Positions 26,290-40,189 of a stretch of DNA of 64,000 nucleotides are shown here, in pieces. Position numbers and translations under genes: made by a program. The notes below the pieces were generated by a model. It searched no databases. It worked only from the letters and a program-made list of their open reading frames with translations, and had not been told where the DNA came from. Source of the stretch: Octopus vulgaris (taxonomy: Eukaryota). Every line of letters begins with the position of its first letter. Positions within the stretch are counted from its first letter, which is position 1. The DNA is taken from NCBI GenBank assembly GCA_951406725.2, contig OX597822.1:115444001-115508000 (forward strand). Reading direction: 5' to 3'.

Positions 26290-27123
26290 CGTGGTCTGAT
26301 CAATAAGTATCCGAACTGCTGCCATAGTAACGAGGCTAAATCATGCAAATTGACCTTAAATTTTGTTGTGCATGCGCACTAAGTTTTAACGTTCTAGCGC
26401 ACTTCCGCTGTATACAGCAGTGTTTGGAAGGAAGGTGTGTAGCGTGTGATCGTCGTATTGATCATGACAGAGAAGGTTAAGCATCAAATTTTGCCAAAAG
26501 CTTAGTGATTCCTGCTCAGAGGTCTACGGAAAGTTTTCATCGTTCTCAACACAATCAAGCAGTTTTTGTCCTTTTGGCCAGCAGAAAGCAGTTTTGGTAC
26601 AAACTTGGCAAACACGTATCTCATACCCAAATCTTCAGTGATAATGGATTGAACTAAACCGTAATTAATCTGCACATCCTTTGATAACTCACAGATCGTG
26701 ATTAGACGACTTCCCCTCACTGCTGAACGCACATCTGCGATGTATTTTTCAGTTCTGCTGGATGCTGGTCTCTCCGAGCGTTCGTCAATATCGACATTTT
26801 TTCGGCCATCTCGGTAACGTCTGAACTACTCGTACACTTGTGTGCGGCTCATACACTCCTCTCCATACACTTTCTGTAACTTTATGTAGGCCTCTGAGCA
26901 GGTATCGTCATGACAAATTCCTCTGTTATGGTCAATGCGACCATCACACGCTACGCACCTTCCTTCGAAGCACTGCTGTAAACGGCGGAAGTGAGCTAGA
27001 ACGTTAAAACTTAGTGCGCATGCACAGCAGAGTTCAAAGTCAATCTTTACCAAGCGGCATCGCTCTGCATATTTTAGCTTCGTTACTATGGCAACAGTCC
27101 GTATACTTATTGATCAGACCTAG
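26290..27123 (-). mobile_element. Mariner-derived fold-back element made of two 5' ends (inverted arms about 190 bp)
   Basis: TIR ggtctgatcaataagtatccgaactg / cagtccgtatacttattgatcagacc. Minus strand encodes EAYIKLQKVYGEECMSRTQVYE and IITEDLGMRYVFAKFVPKLLS (HTH and WVPxxL-type linker). No catalytic domain. Confidence 0.88.
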
Positions 27124-27476
27124 CATTGCAAATATTTGTAGCGAAGCTTGCTCTTGAATCTATTGATGACGGATAGAAACATATCAAGTATTGAGCGGTG
27201 TCACACTCACATCTCTGCAAACGTTCCTTACCTTTCCTCTTCAGCATCAATTACAAAATTTAAATAAAAATATTTGACTCGGTTTGCATATGCGTGTTTG
27301 TGTCTCACTGCATATCTGTCTGTCTTTTTATGCACACACACACACACGCACCCACGCACATACATACATACATACATACATTCGTAAAAACTTATTTGCC
27401 TGTTCGCGCACAGACGTGCACATACACACACATACACACACACACACAAACATACACACTGACACACACACACACT

Positions 27477-28800
27477 CCGCATTTTTGGCGGTAGTATGTT
27501 TCATCGAATAGGAAGTAATTGTTTTGTAGGATGAACTTCAGAGATTCAATGACAAAAGGCTGGTTTATGCGGTCCGGTAGAACTTCGGAGTACTTTTCTA
27601 AACCGAATTTTATCGCTTCTATTCCGTAGCCGTGTGGAATGTTAGTGTAGAGGTTGGTGACATCAAAGGAGACTATTAGCGCCTCTTCGTTGGTTGTTTT
27701 TGGTTGAAGCTCTAGCATGTCCAGATCGTCTCTAATGAAATTTTTAAAGAATTTGTGGAAAGGTTTCAATAGTACGTAAAAGAAAATTGCTTAGATGGTG
27801 TATTTCACAGGCTGGGCCCGCTATAATAGGCCTTACTTTTAAGTCTTCTGGTGTTGGGACATTTATGTATAAATCTAGATTTGATTGACAGGCATTGGTA
27901 ATATTTTACTCTTGTAGATTTGGGGGAGGCCATAGAAAAGGCTTAGTTTGCATTTAAAGTTTGTGATATAATCTTTTTCTTTTTCTGTGAGGCCTCTGCC
28001 ATGTTTGAGTATTAAAGATGCAAGATCTTTTAATGTTTTTTGTTGAATATAATTTGCGACTTTTTCATAAAAGGAGTCATTTTCTAGTATGGATAATGCT
28101 AGGTTTTTACTGAATTTTGTGTCCTTTGTCTGCTTCTTTGATTGTCAGGTCTTTGTTGTTTTTAGCTGTAGTAGGTGCTTCCATTTTAGGCTGTTGAAGT
28201 TTGGCACAAGTTTTGGTTTATAGAGAGTATGAGGAACATTCTGGATACGGTTGCAGAAGTCGTCTAGTGTTTTATTCCTTCCTTTGGGTGGTAGATAATT
28301 ATTTTTGTTTTTCACTATTGATTCGTCATCGTTGTTCTAGTTGGTTAGTGCTTCTGTCAATCGAAGTTTTCTACAGAATCTGCAATATTATCTTTAATAT
28401 TATCTTTAATTTCTACGTGGGGTGGGTGTAAATTTCAAACCTTTAGCTAAAATATGGATTTTTGTTGTGGAATGAGTTTTCTTAGATAAAGTGATTATTT
28501 TGGGTTTCTCCGTATGTTCTGTTCCAACGTGTGTCCCTGTGTCTCTTTACTCTGTCTAAAAAAACGTTGTTCGTTGTAATTAGGTTAGAAGGGGTTCTCA
28601 GTGTTAGGGTTGCTATTGTGGGAGTATTGTTGTGTAGGTGAATTGGTTGGGATTATGTGGTATGGGTGTTTCTGTTGGAATGAGTTGTAGGGGTGTTTAG
28701 TCCTGTATGGGGCGCTGTGAAGTTGTTCTTTTTGTCTGGGTGAGAGAGTTGAAGTTGCGAAGGTTGAATTCCTATGTTGAGGAGTAAGTAGAGCATCTAC
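27477..28800 (-). mobile_element. Penelope-like RT, N-terminal part, inverted relative to the adjacent copy
   Basis: LIVSFDVTNLYTNIPH..LKFILQNNYFLFDETYYRQKCG in ORF 27392-27769, with RPIIAGP-type and FYGLP-type PLE motifs upstream. Confidence 0.88.
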
Positions 28801-30900
28801 CAAAAACCACCAACGAAGAAGGACTGTTTATCTCCTTCGATGTCATCAACCTCTACACTAACATTCCACATGACTACGGAATAGAAGCAATAAAATTCTG
28901 GTTAGAAAAATACCCCGAAGTTCTACTGGACCGCATAAACCAACCTTTTGCCACAGAATCTCTGAAGTTCATCCTACAAAAAAATTACTTCCTATTCAAT
29001 GAAACATAGTACCGCCAAAATGCAGTGTTGCGATGGGTACGAAAGCAGCGCCTGTCCTTGCGAACCTAGTAATGGGTTTCTTTGAATCTACCCTGAATGA
29101 ATTTTCGCTCCAAAGATTTGGACCCCCATTCCGTCAGTATATAAGAGAAAACTGGAAAAGATACCCAGACGGTTGTTTTATCATCTAGAATGAAACCTAT
29201 AATAAACTTCTGGATTTCAAATCTGCACTAAACAATATAAACTCCAATATTCAATTTCAATGGAATATAGCAGTGAACAGCTTCCATTTCTAAACATCTT
29301 GATTATAAACATTCCAACAACCAAATTGCAACCAACAGACTCAAAACAGTATCTCCTTTCCAGCTCATACCATCCTAATCCCACCGAAATAAATATCCTA
29401 TTTAATATAGCAAAAAGGATCTGTACAACTGTATCTGATACAACCACTCGGGAACTTCGTCTACAAGACCTCAAAATAACACTCATTCAACGTCAATATC
29501 CATCCGCACTTATAGACCATGGAATCAAACGTGCCAAAAAATTGGACACAAACACACTAAGGACAGCAAAACACAACACCACACCTCACTTTAAATCACT
29601 GTCATACATATCAATCCACAACCCCAGAAACAATGAAGCATACAACACAATTGTACAAAATCTCCCTCCACTCACTCAAGACCCCAAAATGAACAACATT
29701 CTGAATACACATAAACTCCTAAAATGCAAAAGACAACGCAAATCACTTAAGAGACTCTTAACAATTGCAAAACTGCACTCAACACATACGACACCAGCAG
29801 TTCAAAAAGGCGGATGACCTAATTGTTGTTCATGCCCAAACCTAACTGAAGGCTCGGAATTCACATTCCAGCAAGGAGAAATCTTTTTAATTAAAACTAA
29901 CTTCACATGTGCCTCTAAGAACCTGATTTATGTCCTAACCTGCTCAGGTTGTGGCCACAATTATGTGGGCCAACTGAGCCTTACTTTTGAGACGCAGAGT
30001 TACGCTACATAAAGAACAGATTCGTTTTCCTCAATACAAGCAGATGGCTCTGAGCGAAAATATTGACACATGCGCAAGAAATAAAACACTGAATTTCCAT
30101 ATTTTTCCATTACACCAATGCAAAGATTCAATCTCCTTACAAGAACGCCTAAACAAGGAAAATTTGTTTATACTCATGTACAGACCGCACCTTAATATAC
30201 AAACTTGACCACCGGTTCCCTACACAATCCTTAGAAATAAAAATAAAAACTCAAAATGGGAACCTGAATTGTAACACTTTCACTCAATTTCTTGGCCAAT
30301 ATACATACATATTTCTTTTGCTTATTTAATCTATATTACATTATATTGCCCAAGGATTTTTCCTTTGTTTATAATAATTCAATATTGACAAAATGAGAAA
30401 CTAGTATTATAAATTACACACAAATATACAGATAAACATACTTCTAGTTTATATTATGAACTGAAAGAGACTTTTTCTACATTTCAATTTCCATTTCAAT
30501 TTCCTTTTTCACAATTTTCAAAATTGCAATTATTTTTATTTTTTCACATTTCGTGTAGAAATTACCTTTCATATCATATTCAATAATGCTGACGAGGCAG
30601 TTGTCCCTCTTGCCACCTGTTGTCTCCTTTTATCCACTCTCTCCACTCATTTTTACTTCTCCAGAAATCCAAAATGGCGTGACGCCCGGTCTCAAGGAAT
30701 TATCAGTTCACAATGTTCATTACATTTTATGAGATTTTTGCCATCCATAAAATATGAATATATATTTTTTTATAAAAAGATATCAAAACTATGTGAAATG
30801 AAGGCATTTCTCTTCGTCCTTTTTTATATCTTTTCCATCTATTTTCACTTCATAATTTTCCTACGTGGTGAAAACTGATTCTCCAGCACTTTGCCCCTTT
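28801..30900 (+). mobile_element. Penelope-like element (Neptune-like): RT C-terminal half, GIY-YIG and 3' region, decayed
   Basis: FDVINLYTNIPH, AMGTKAAPVLANLVMG, LPFLNIL, KPTD-like QPTDSKQYL, linker G*PNCCSCP, FTCASKNLIYVLTCSGCGHNYVGQ, RRRVTLHKEQIR. Stops and frameshifts present. Confidence 0.92.
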
Positions 30901-31067
30901 TATATTTCTATGCATGTATAAATGCATATATTTATATATATATAAACAAGCACTCACACACACATACACATACGCACACACATATATGTATGTATGTATG
31001 TATAATATGTACCTATCTTTATTTTAGAGCTCACCTTAAAAATCCAACAGTTGTTTCAATTGCATTA

Positions 31068-31127
<60 letters not shown>

Positions 31128-31132
<5 letters not shown>

Positions 31133-31258
31133 TTAGGGCTACAAAATCCACTAGGTGGATAGCCATATGCTAGAAGAAGATCACATACAATCACATCGTA
31201 AGTGTTCTTCTTCTAGCATATGGCTATCCACCTAGTGGATTTTGTAGCCCTAAATATA
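31128..31258. repeat. Perfect 53-bp inverted repeat with 25-nt loop, adjacent to (TA)n
   Basis: tatatttagggctacaaaatccactaggtggatagccatatgctagaagaaga (31128-31180) and its exact reverse complement at 31206-31258. Confidence 0.95.
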
Positions 31259-32099
31259 CACATGTATTGCAATTTTTTCAGATTTTTTATATGCTAGGCT
31301 ACTCGCTTTAAATTGATATAAATTAAATTAATATTCAATTTATCTCCCTCATTATATATATATACATACATACATACATACATACATACATACGTACGTA
31401 CGTACGTACGTATGTATGTATGTATGTATGTATGTATGTATGTATGTATGTATGTATGTATGTATGTATGTATGTATGTATGTATGTATGTATGTATGTA
31501 GGACATGCACAACATACATCGAGTATAGAATAATCTGAAACTAACACAGACACCATTTTCTTGTAAGTATGCATTCGTGAAGTTTCCGAACGGAAAAAGA
31601 AAGACAAAGATGACGACAGCAGCAGCAGCAGCAGCAGCCAATCGAGCGGGAGACGAAGGGCAGCGACGGCGGGGGAGGAGGAGACAGAGTAAGAATGCGA
31701 CGACTACAACAATGACGACGACGACGCCAAGAAGGAACGAGGAGGAGGAGGGGGATGTGTTGTGCAGCATCAATCCCAAAGATGACAACGTATAAGGTCA
31801 GCAACGCAGATGGAGAGAGTGGCGGGATATTACAATGGTTGCACTTGCAATCGTGCTTGTTGCATCTAATCCATTCTGACTGAGATTGGTTTGGCATTCA
31901 AGCTGGCCGGCTGGTCAACCAGTCAGACGACATACGTTGGCTAAGAGACGTGTGTGTGTGCGCGTCTAGGTGTATATGTGTGTAGGTATAATACAAACAC
32001 ACACAGACATATATACATATATATACATACATACATATATATATATACATACATACATGTATATATATATAAATACATACATACATACATATATATATG

Positions 32100-32143
<44 letters not shown>

Positions 32144-32567
32144 AAACGGATATTTATATATGTATATGTATGTATGTATACATACATACATACATATATA
32201 TACACAGATGTATAAATATATATATAAATGCATATACATACACACTCACAATCACACATGTATTTATAGGTAGGCAAATATGGTTGTGTAACCCAGTGTG
32301 CATATAAATGTGTGTGTGTGTATGTATTGTATGGTATGTGTGCGTACACAATATACAAATACAAATCAAATTGATGGAGGGAGCAGTAAACAAGATACCG
32401 TTAGCGTGCTGCCGTGGATAATCTATAATCTAACTAATCCCTTAATCTGGCGGAATTTTTAATACGCTATTTTTTGGCGGACTGCAAACTTGCTCTGAGC
32501 ACATCTCTTAGCAAATATATATATATATATACATAGCCCTAGAGTATTGGACATATATTGTGTAAGC

Positions 32568-32618
<51 letters not shown>

Positions 32619-33336
32619 GTGTGTGTGTGTGCGTGTGTGCGTCTATGACTGCATGTATGTATCTCTAAACGTGTGTGTACGTACATACATACATGCATAA
32701 CGTATACATATACGTATACACGCATGCATACGTAATCAGGGGATGTCGAGATGTCTCCGCTCTGTGTATTTTCATTACTTATATCTTACTTAGTAAGATG
32801 TCTTCAGGTCGTGGGACAGTCACGCATGCACAGACGCACATACATGCAGAGACACGTACACAGAAATGCAGGCATTCCGATATAAATACACACACACTCA
32901 CAAACACATATGTAATGTGGATTATGTGTGTATATACGTTTATTCAATTGCTTGATGCGAGCGTTCCTCTGTGTATGCGTGTTTGTTGCTTACTTATAAG
33001 AAGTTTGGAAAACTTTTTCATTTGCGCACAGGATACATAATCGTGTGTGTATGAAGAAATGAGCGCGCACGCACGCACACACACACACACACACACACAC
33101 TCATGTCTATATGCGCATTCATACATAAATGCGCACAAATATTCGTATGCGTCGTCTAGTATTTGTTATCTGGGATTCTTGATGTGAAATCGTCAGTTGA
33201 AACATATGTTCTTACATCTTGGGAGGGTCATTCTAGCGAATAAGAAACACAAACAATGGTTCTGTTTCACTTATCATCATTATTATTATTATTATTGTTG
33301 TTGTTGTTGTTCTTCTTCTTCTTCTTCTTCTTCTTC

Positions 33337-33424
<88 letters not shown>

Positions 33425-33430
33425 TATTAT

Positions 33431-33960
33431 TGGGTAAGAGAGCAGTGCGTGCCATCAAAGTGACACTGGGGTAAAATATACGAAGCCCAATATACCCATC
33501 ATGACTACCCGTCTGATAAGGGTACACCAGGCACATGCATCACAACCATATATGCGTGACATGGTGATCTCATATCAAGATAAACAGCGCATGACCTTGC
33601 AGGTGGGGCCCAGTTAGAATTTTTTTTTCTGGTCGAGTAACCCATACCGCTCAAAAGGTCCCTGAATAAGGGCTGTTTAAGGATGTAGAACGAAACACCC
33701 ATATTTCCAGAGGTGAATTAATCAAACCGCAAAGAATCCTTCTTAACACATGGCTATGATGCTCCCCCACTACTTCTGCTCGTGATCAGAGATGCACATA
33801 TCGTCAGCCACTAAGGGACATGCTCAACTGTGGTATTGAGCAGAATATTTACTGTGGACCATCTTTTATACCAAGACAAAACAATGTACACGATAACACT
33901 TCCAATCAGTTAAGATCAGAAGACATAAGAGCCACTACCTGGTACTGCATCAGGGCATTT
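33431..33960. mobile_element. Insertion of about 530 bp in an (ATT)n tract, probably a retroelement UTR or non-autonomous element
   Basis: Complex sequence bounded on both sides by long (ATT)n arrays, like the R4/Dong-type fragment at 50014. No coding motif seen. Confidence 0.45.
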
Positions 33961-34021
33961 ATCATTATTATTATTATTATTATTATTATTGTTATTATTA
34001 TTATTATCATTATCATTATTA

Positions 34022-34074
<53 letters not shown>

Positions 34075-34779
34075 TGTCAACTAGTTACGTAGAACAGGAC
34101 AAACTTAGAGTAACGAGGGCACGTCATTGTTAAGATCACGAATATCACACAGAATCATCGAACGATTAATCAACAAATTTATGCGTTAATTGGTTACAAC
34201 GAAGCGAAATCCAAACAGTGTATGTGTTCTTTATTGACGAAACAAGCTCCCCGGAGGTATCACACGCTCACACACACACACATACACACACGCACATACA
34301 CACACAAACATACACACAACACCTAACGTACGTACATACATACATACGTACATACATTCATACATACATACATACACACACGTAGATATATGCATATATA
34401 CACATATACATATTCTTTTACTCTTTTACTTGTTTCATTCATTTGAATGCAGCCATACTGGAGCACCACCTTGAATTGCTTTAGTCGTAGAATTCGACTT
34501 CAGGACTTTTTAAAGCCTGGTACTTATTCTATCGGTCTCCTATATATATATAAATGTATATATATGTATATGTATATACGTATAAAATATACAGCGTGTC
34601 GATTCATAAATTTACAATTTGAACTGTGTGGAAGTGTGAAAGTTTTCTCTCTCTCTCTCTTTCTCTCCTTCTCTGAGGTCTCTACCCCCACAACCCACCC
34701 AGGAATAGATGGATGGATGGATGGATGGATGGATGGACGGACGGACGGACGGACGGACGGATGGAGGTACGTTTAGAAT

Positions 34780-37250
34780 ATCAGTTATGACATCTGTAAG
34801 TCTGTGATGAATTAGGACAAACTTTCGATGGCATTTCTTGCGATGTCCTGATGATCGTTTTCCACAATCTCTAACCTCAGAGCCATTTCGATGCTGACCA
34901 CTTCCCATCTGAAGCAAAGTTTCCTATAAACTTGGACGATTATGCACTTCTGTTAAGAGTGCTGTTCACGTTTGCGGAAAGCTAAAGTTTTGGCACTTAT
35001 TGAAGCGTCTTCTCAGTTCTTTAGTAGGTGTACACTTTAGAATTGGCTGAGTTTGTCTAAAATCCCTGGAAATTGGCTTCGTTTATGATGTTAGTGTTAA
35101 CTCTAAGATCTTGTAAGGTACAATCGAATGCCTTATACTGTTAACTTGGCATGTTTCAGAACCTCTGCCTTTCCAAATTCTGTGCCAATATTTCATACAG
35201 GACTCACATTGTATGCAAGGGTGAATGACAGTTTGAAAAAGATAATCATGTTTGAACAGTGCCATTGAATGTTAGCAAAAATGTAGCAATTCTAGATGAG
35301 ACCAGACCACTGCAATAACAATATGGTTGTGTGAACAAGCATTTACCAAAATTAAGGTTGATCAAAAAGCTTAGCCTGTTCAAACAGGAAAATGAAAGAA
35401 AACTATTTCTCCTCAGACATCGCAAATCATTTGATAATTGTGTTAACTTATTTCATTTTTATCGTTGGTCATACTCTTCCAGCTGTTGAATGTCACAGCT
35501 GGTTGCCTGAAAAAACGTCTCGACTGAGAGCTGCAGCTACAGTCTGTATTGCAGTAGACCGCCCACATTGTTCAAGTTCGTTGCCAGCCATGGCACGTAT
35601 TGTCTGCAATGAAAACTCAAAAGTGCGGGGGTACACGGTACAGAATGGTTCTAACAATTCACTGGATCTGTTGTGATTGTAACCAGGGGTTATTGTATCC
35701 CACCTTACTTTTCTTTAGAGTAAGTGAACTAGTTTTTCGTTTGTTTGCTTTGTTTGTTTTCTGGGTTTTTTTCTCTCTCATTATAGCCACGTGTGATATC
35801 TTAACACTTGATCGTAAAGAAGATTTCTAGCAAAGCATCATCTTTGCACAATTCAAAAACTACAACTAAAACAGTCGTAAATGTGTTTGATACTGCATTT
35901 TCAGTATTTTCGTTTCTTACGTGGAGTAAACTCTTTCGCCATTCGCTAAATGGACCGCCAGATATGAAACACCTAGGAGGAGAAAATTCAGAATACGCCA
36001 AGCTGCCTCATTACTGCTGGAATAAAAAACTCATCTTTTATGCTAATAGCACATAATGTCTGGCTTCTTTGCGCAGCAGTTCAACTCCGGCTTGGTTAAT
36101 GTTTTTGCCGATGTACCACTTGATATACTTGGTAGATTAGACAGAAGACAGGCTTTGGAACTTGCATAACTGTTGAAGACGTGAAAATGGAGAGAGGTGA
36201 AGGTTGATGCACCGTTAGATGTATTTGGTAGTTTAGACAGCGTGACAGGCTCTAGCATTTGTAAGAACGTTGAAAATGCGCAAAGATTTCTTCCTACATG
36301 CTGTCAATGATAATGGCGTCGAGTTGTATTCTGAAAGAAGCAGTGTAAGCTCTATCACTTAAGTTTATTTTCATGTACAATGGACAACCACCGTGATATG
36401 TCTGACTTGCTGAAAAGAGCTAGGATATTTCTGTGTATATTTTCTTGCTTTCATGCAAGAAGAAATGAGTGTTGAAATGACAGCGGGGACCCGGGGTCAT
36501 GTGCTTCGGCACCGATTTATGCAACAGTTTGGTTTTGATTTGAAACCGATGATCTAATCTAATTGGCTTACTCAAATCTTATCTGAAAGTCAGGATCAAA
36601 AACGGATACGGTGCAATCCAGATTTCTACTTTTGAATGGAGCAGATGTAACACGACTATTTGCAATTGCCAAAGACAGTATCTTTCATGGTGAAACTCAT
36701 TCTTGAAATGACCTTCTGTGCAACACTCTCGTGGAGAAATCATGTTCGTATTGGCCCATCTGACTAAACATAAGTTCTTCAGTAATTTCTGAACATTTAC
36801 GATTTCAGCTGAGAGTGAGAATTAAATCAGGTCTGCCATAGATACAACAGCCAGTCATGATATCTTGTGTGTACACACGCATGTAACTTTGACTGCCTGT
36901 AAGCAAAGACAGCAGGGTAACCAATTGCCTCACGCGGGTAAAATGACCATAATTTACAACATTTCTAAGATAATCCTAATCATAAACTCTTAATCTGCTC
37001 CATTTTGTTCTGAGGTAGCACATTCACTCAGACTTAATCTTAACGTACATGTCAGTAGTGAATTGGTGAAAAAGGTGGCCATATCTAATGCGAATGTCGG
37101 ATTGTCTGACCGTAATTCTGGGGTCATCGAACTCATTAGAAAACAGTGTTTCCTCATCGAGACTTTGGTGTTCTCAGAGATAACCATCTTCACTTTTTCA
37201 AAATATAAGAGGTTACTACAATGCTTCGTATGCCTCATTAATTTTAGATA
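34780..37250 (-). pseudogene. Decayed and rearranged autonomous Helitron RepHel
   Basis: Manual minus-strand translation from about 36925 gives LVTLLSLLTGSQSYMRVYTQDIMTGCCIYGRPDLILTLS*NRKCSEITEEL..HDFSTRVLH (Helitron LPSSFTGSPRYM..YGRPDLFITFTCNPKWPEI). Also VFG..SIQK*KSGLH, KHMTPGP, and DFRQTQPIL at 35040-35064 (Pif1-type GDFRQTLPV). Confidence 0.8.
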
Positions 37251-37703
37251 TGTAAATTAATTTGCCGCCTTCGTTTTCAAGGATGGCGCCTAGTTTATTA
37301 AATCCTATTCTAGAAATAAGAACACTCACCTCCAAATCAAGAGAAGCATTAAGATGTCGTTCAGGCTATTAGAGTTCTGTTAGCATAGATATTTACTTTC
37401 CAGTATGGCTGTGTTAGCTGATCCAGAGCGGTGTGAAAATTATTCAAGTAATTATTAAGAGCATTTCCTAAAGGTCTAGAATAGTTCTTTCTCTGACAGT
37501 TGGAATATTTCTGCAGCGTCGCACATCCTGCTGTCTCATATCTTCCATGGAATGAATCTCAAGTTTTTAATGAACAACTAAAGTTTCTCTTCACTATCAC
37601 ACATACACACACATTTACATAAACATACACACACATACATGCACACATGCATACGCTTTCTTAGACAACAATATATATATATATATATGTGTGTGTGTAT
37701 GTA

Positions 37704-37742
<39 letters not shown>

Positions 37743-37804
37743 ATAATTGTCGTTTTAGTAAATGAATAAATAAATTGAAATAACAATAGATTGACATAAT
37801 TGAC

Positions 37805-38000
37805 ATAGGCGCAGGAGTGGCTGTGTGGTAAGTAGCTTGCTTACGAACTACATGGTTCCGGGTTCAGTCCCACTGCGTGGCACCTTAGGCACGGGCTATA
37901 GAATAAGTACTAGGCTTACAAAGAATAAATCCTGGGTCGATTTGTACGACTAAAGGCGATGCTCCAGCATGGCCGCAGTCAAATGACTGAAACGAATAAA
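37805..38000 (+). mobile_element. SINE family A, internally deleted
   Basis: Head ggcgcaggagtggctgtgtggtaag joined almost directly to tail gaataagtactaggcttacaaag...aaatgactgaaac. Confidence 0.85.
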
Positions 38001-38075
38001 TGGAAAAGAAAAAAAAGAATATAGTGTCTAAAAGTTTTCTTATTGCTCTCTCTCTCTTTCTCTCTCTCTCTCTCA

Positions 38076-38136
<61 letters not shown>

Positions 38137-39255
38137 TATATTGGAGCATGGTGGTTATTACACTCATTTTAAAAATAAATTACAGAAAAGTTATCATTTA
38201 CTTGTGATCTTTTACTTGTTTCGGTCATTGACCTGCGTCTATGCGGAGGAATCACTTTGAAAGATTTTACATGAACAAATCGACGCCAGTAACTATTTTC
38301 TTTAACGTCTGGTATTTTTTCTATCGTTCTCTTTTGCCGAACCGCTAGGTTACAAGTACATAAACAAACCAATACTTGTTGTCAAACGGTGGAGGGACAG
38401 ACGTAAATATAATGACATGCACTCACACATACACAAACATGCACACGCAGACACACACAGATATATGCATGCACACACACACACACACACACACACAACC
38501 ACACCTATATGTACATAGATTCTTGCAGTTTCTGTTTAACAAATCTAGTCATAAGTCTTTGGTCGATGTAGGACAATAGTAGAAGACATTTGTTGAAGGT
38601 GCCGCGCAATGGCACTGAAACCGGAACCAACAATGGGAAGTAAGAACTGGTAAAAGTACAAAAAATGTAATAACAAGAAACTAGAATTTATAAAAAAGAA
38701 ACTTTGATACTTCTATAGAAATGGGCAAAAAGAAAGCACCACCGAATGGTAAGACCTCTCCTCAACATTAAAAGTTAACAATCATACTTTTTTTTAACAA
38801 TGTTGTATCAAATGAGACCATTTGAAAGCAGATCAAAAGCATAGAAGAATGGTTAGCATTTTTATAATTTCCTTTCATAGCTAGGTTTCTAATGTTTACA
38901 TTTATTTCTGCCCTTCTGCTTCATGTTCTGTTGTGGATACGTAAAATGATTTTTGTTCAAATTATGACGAGCCATCAAAAGCACAAATAGAGAAACTGAG
39001 CTCCCGAATACGGTAATAAATTGGGTTGCGTCTTCTTTATATTTAATTGAAGATTCTATACCATTGAATCGAGACCGAAATCGGGTACGTCATCTCTGAG
39101 GAGTGATCAACAATTGTTAAACACTCAGCCAAAAGAAATCCCCACTTTTTTTTCTGGACATCGAAAGCGTTGAAGGGATACGTTTACAAGTTTGCAATGC
39201 CTTTTCGCAGCTAAGCTTTCTAATATATAAATATATTTTAGCCTTTCTAAATCAG

Positions 39256-39311
<56 letters not shown>

Positions 39312-39795
39312 ACACACACATATATATATATACAGAGAGAGGGGGGTTACAGACTGGCAGATAGATAGTTGTATGTTTGTATGTCTATTTATGTATATAA
39401 AATATATATATATATTAAGTGCATATGTGTGTGTGTGAGTCGGTGTGTGAGTGTGCGTGTTTATACCTGTGAGTATGTGTAATGTGTGTGTATGTGTTGG
39501 TGTGAATAAGGGAGAGAGACAGAGAAGAAGAGAATGAAACGAAAATGAGTTTTTGCTGTCCAGATGCGTGTCACTGGCCAAATAACGACCAGTGACACGA
39601 ATCTGGACAACAAAAGAGGGTACATTAAACAACGGACAAGAGAAAATCTTGATTTATTGTAATTATCTCCACAGCCATAAACGTGTTCTGTTGTGCTTTG
39701 CATAAGCCTAGGTGTTGCCCCTGCTGGGGCTAAGGTGGCTCTACTGATGGCGTTTATAGAATTTATTACGTACGTTCAGACATACACACATGCAC

Positions 39796-39869
<74 letters not shown>

Positions 39870-39878
39870 GGATGGATG

Positions 39879-39961
<83 letters not shown>

Positions 39962-39999
39962 GATGGATAGATCGATAGATAGATAGATAGATAGATAGG

Positions 40000-40094
<95 letters not shown>

Positions 40095-40189
40095 GGAAGC
40101 TTTATGAAAATAGACAAAAGACGAAGGCAGGTGGAAAACAAACGAACAATTGTATTAGTATGGCGCTCAGGAAATATAAATAAAACAAG

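Noticed and set aside
29815-29818. In-frame TGA in the PLE Cys-rich linker as possible selenocysteine
   Set aside because: The position fits an Arg CGA decayed at CpG, and the element has other stops and frameshifts.
30589-30690. CTGACGA followed by GGCAG..TTGCC hairpin in the Penelope 3' region
   Set aside because: No GAAA follows the stem and no stem I or III could be assembled, so it is not called as a hammerhead.
39044-39128. TTGAAGA..GAAA and CTGAGGA motifs
   Set aside because: The stems do not close in hammerhead register.
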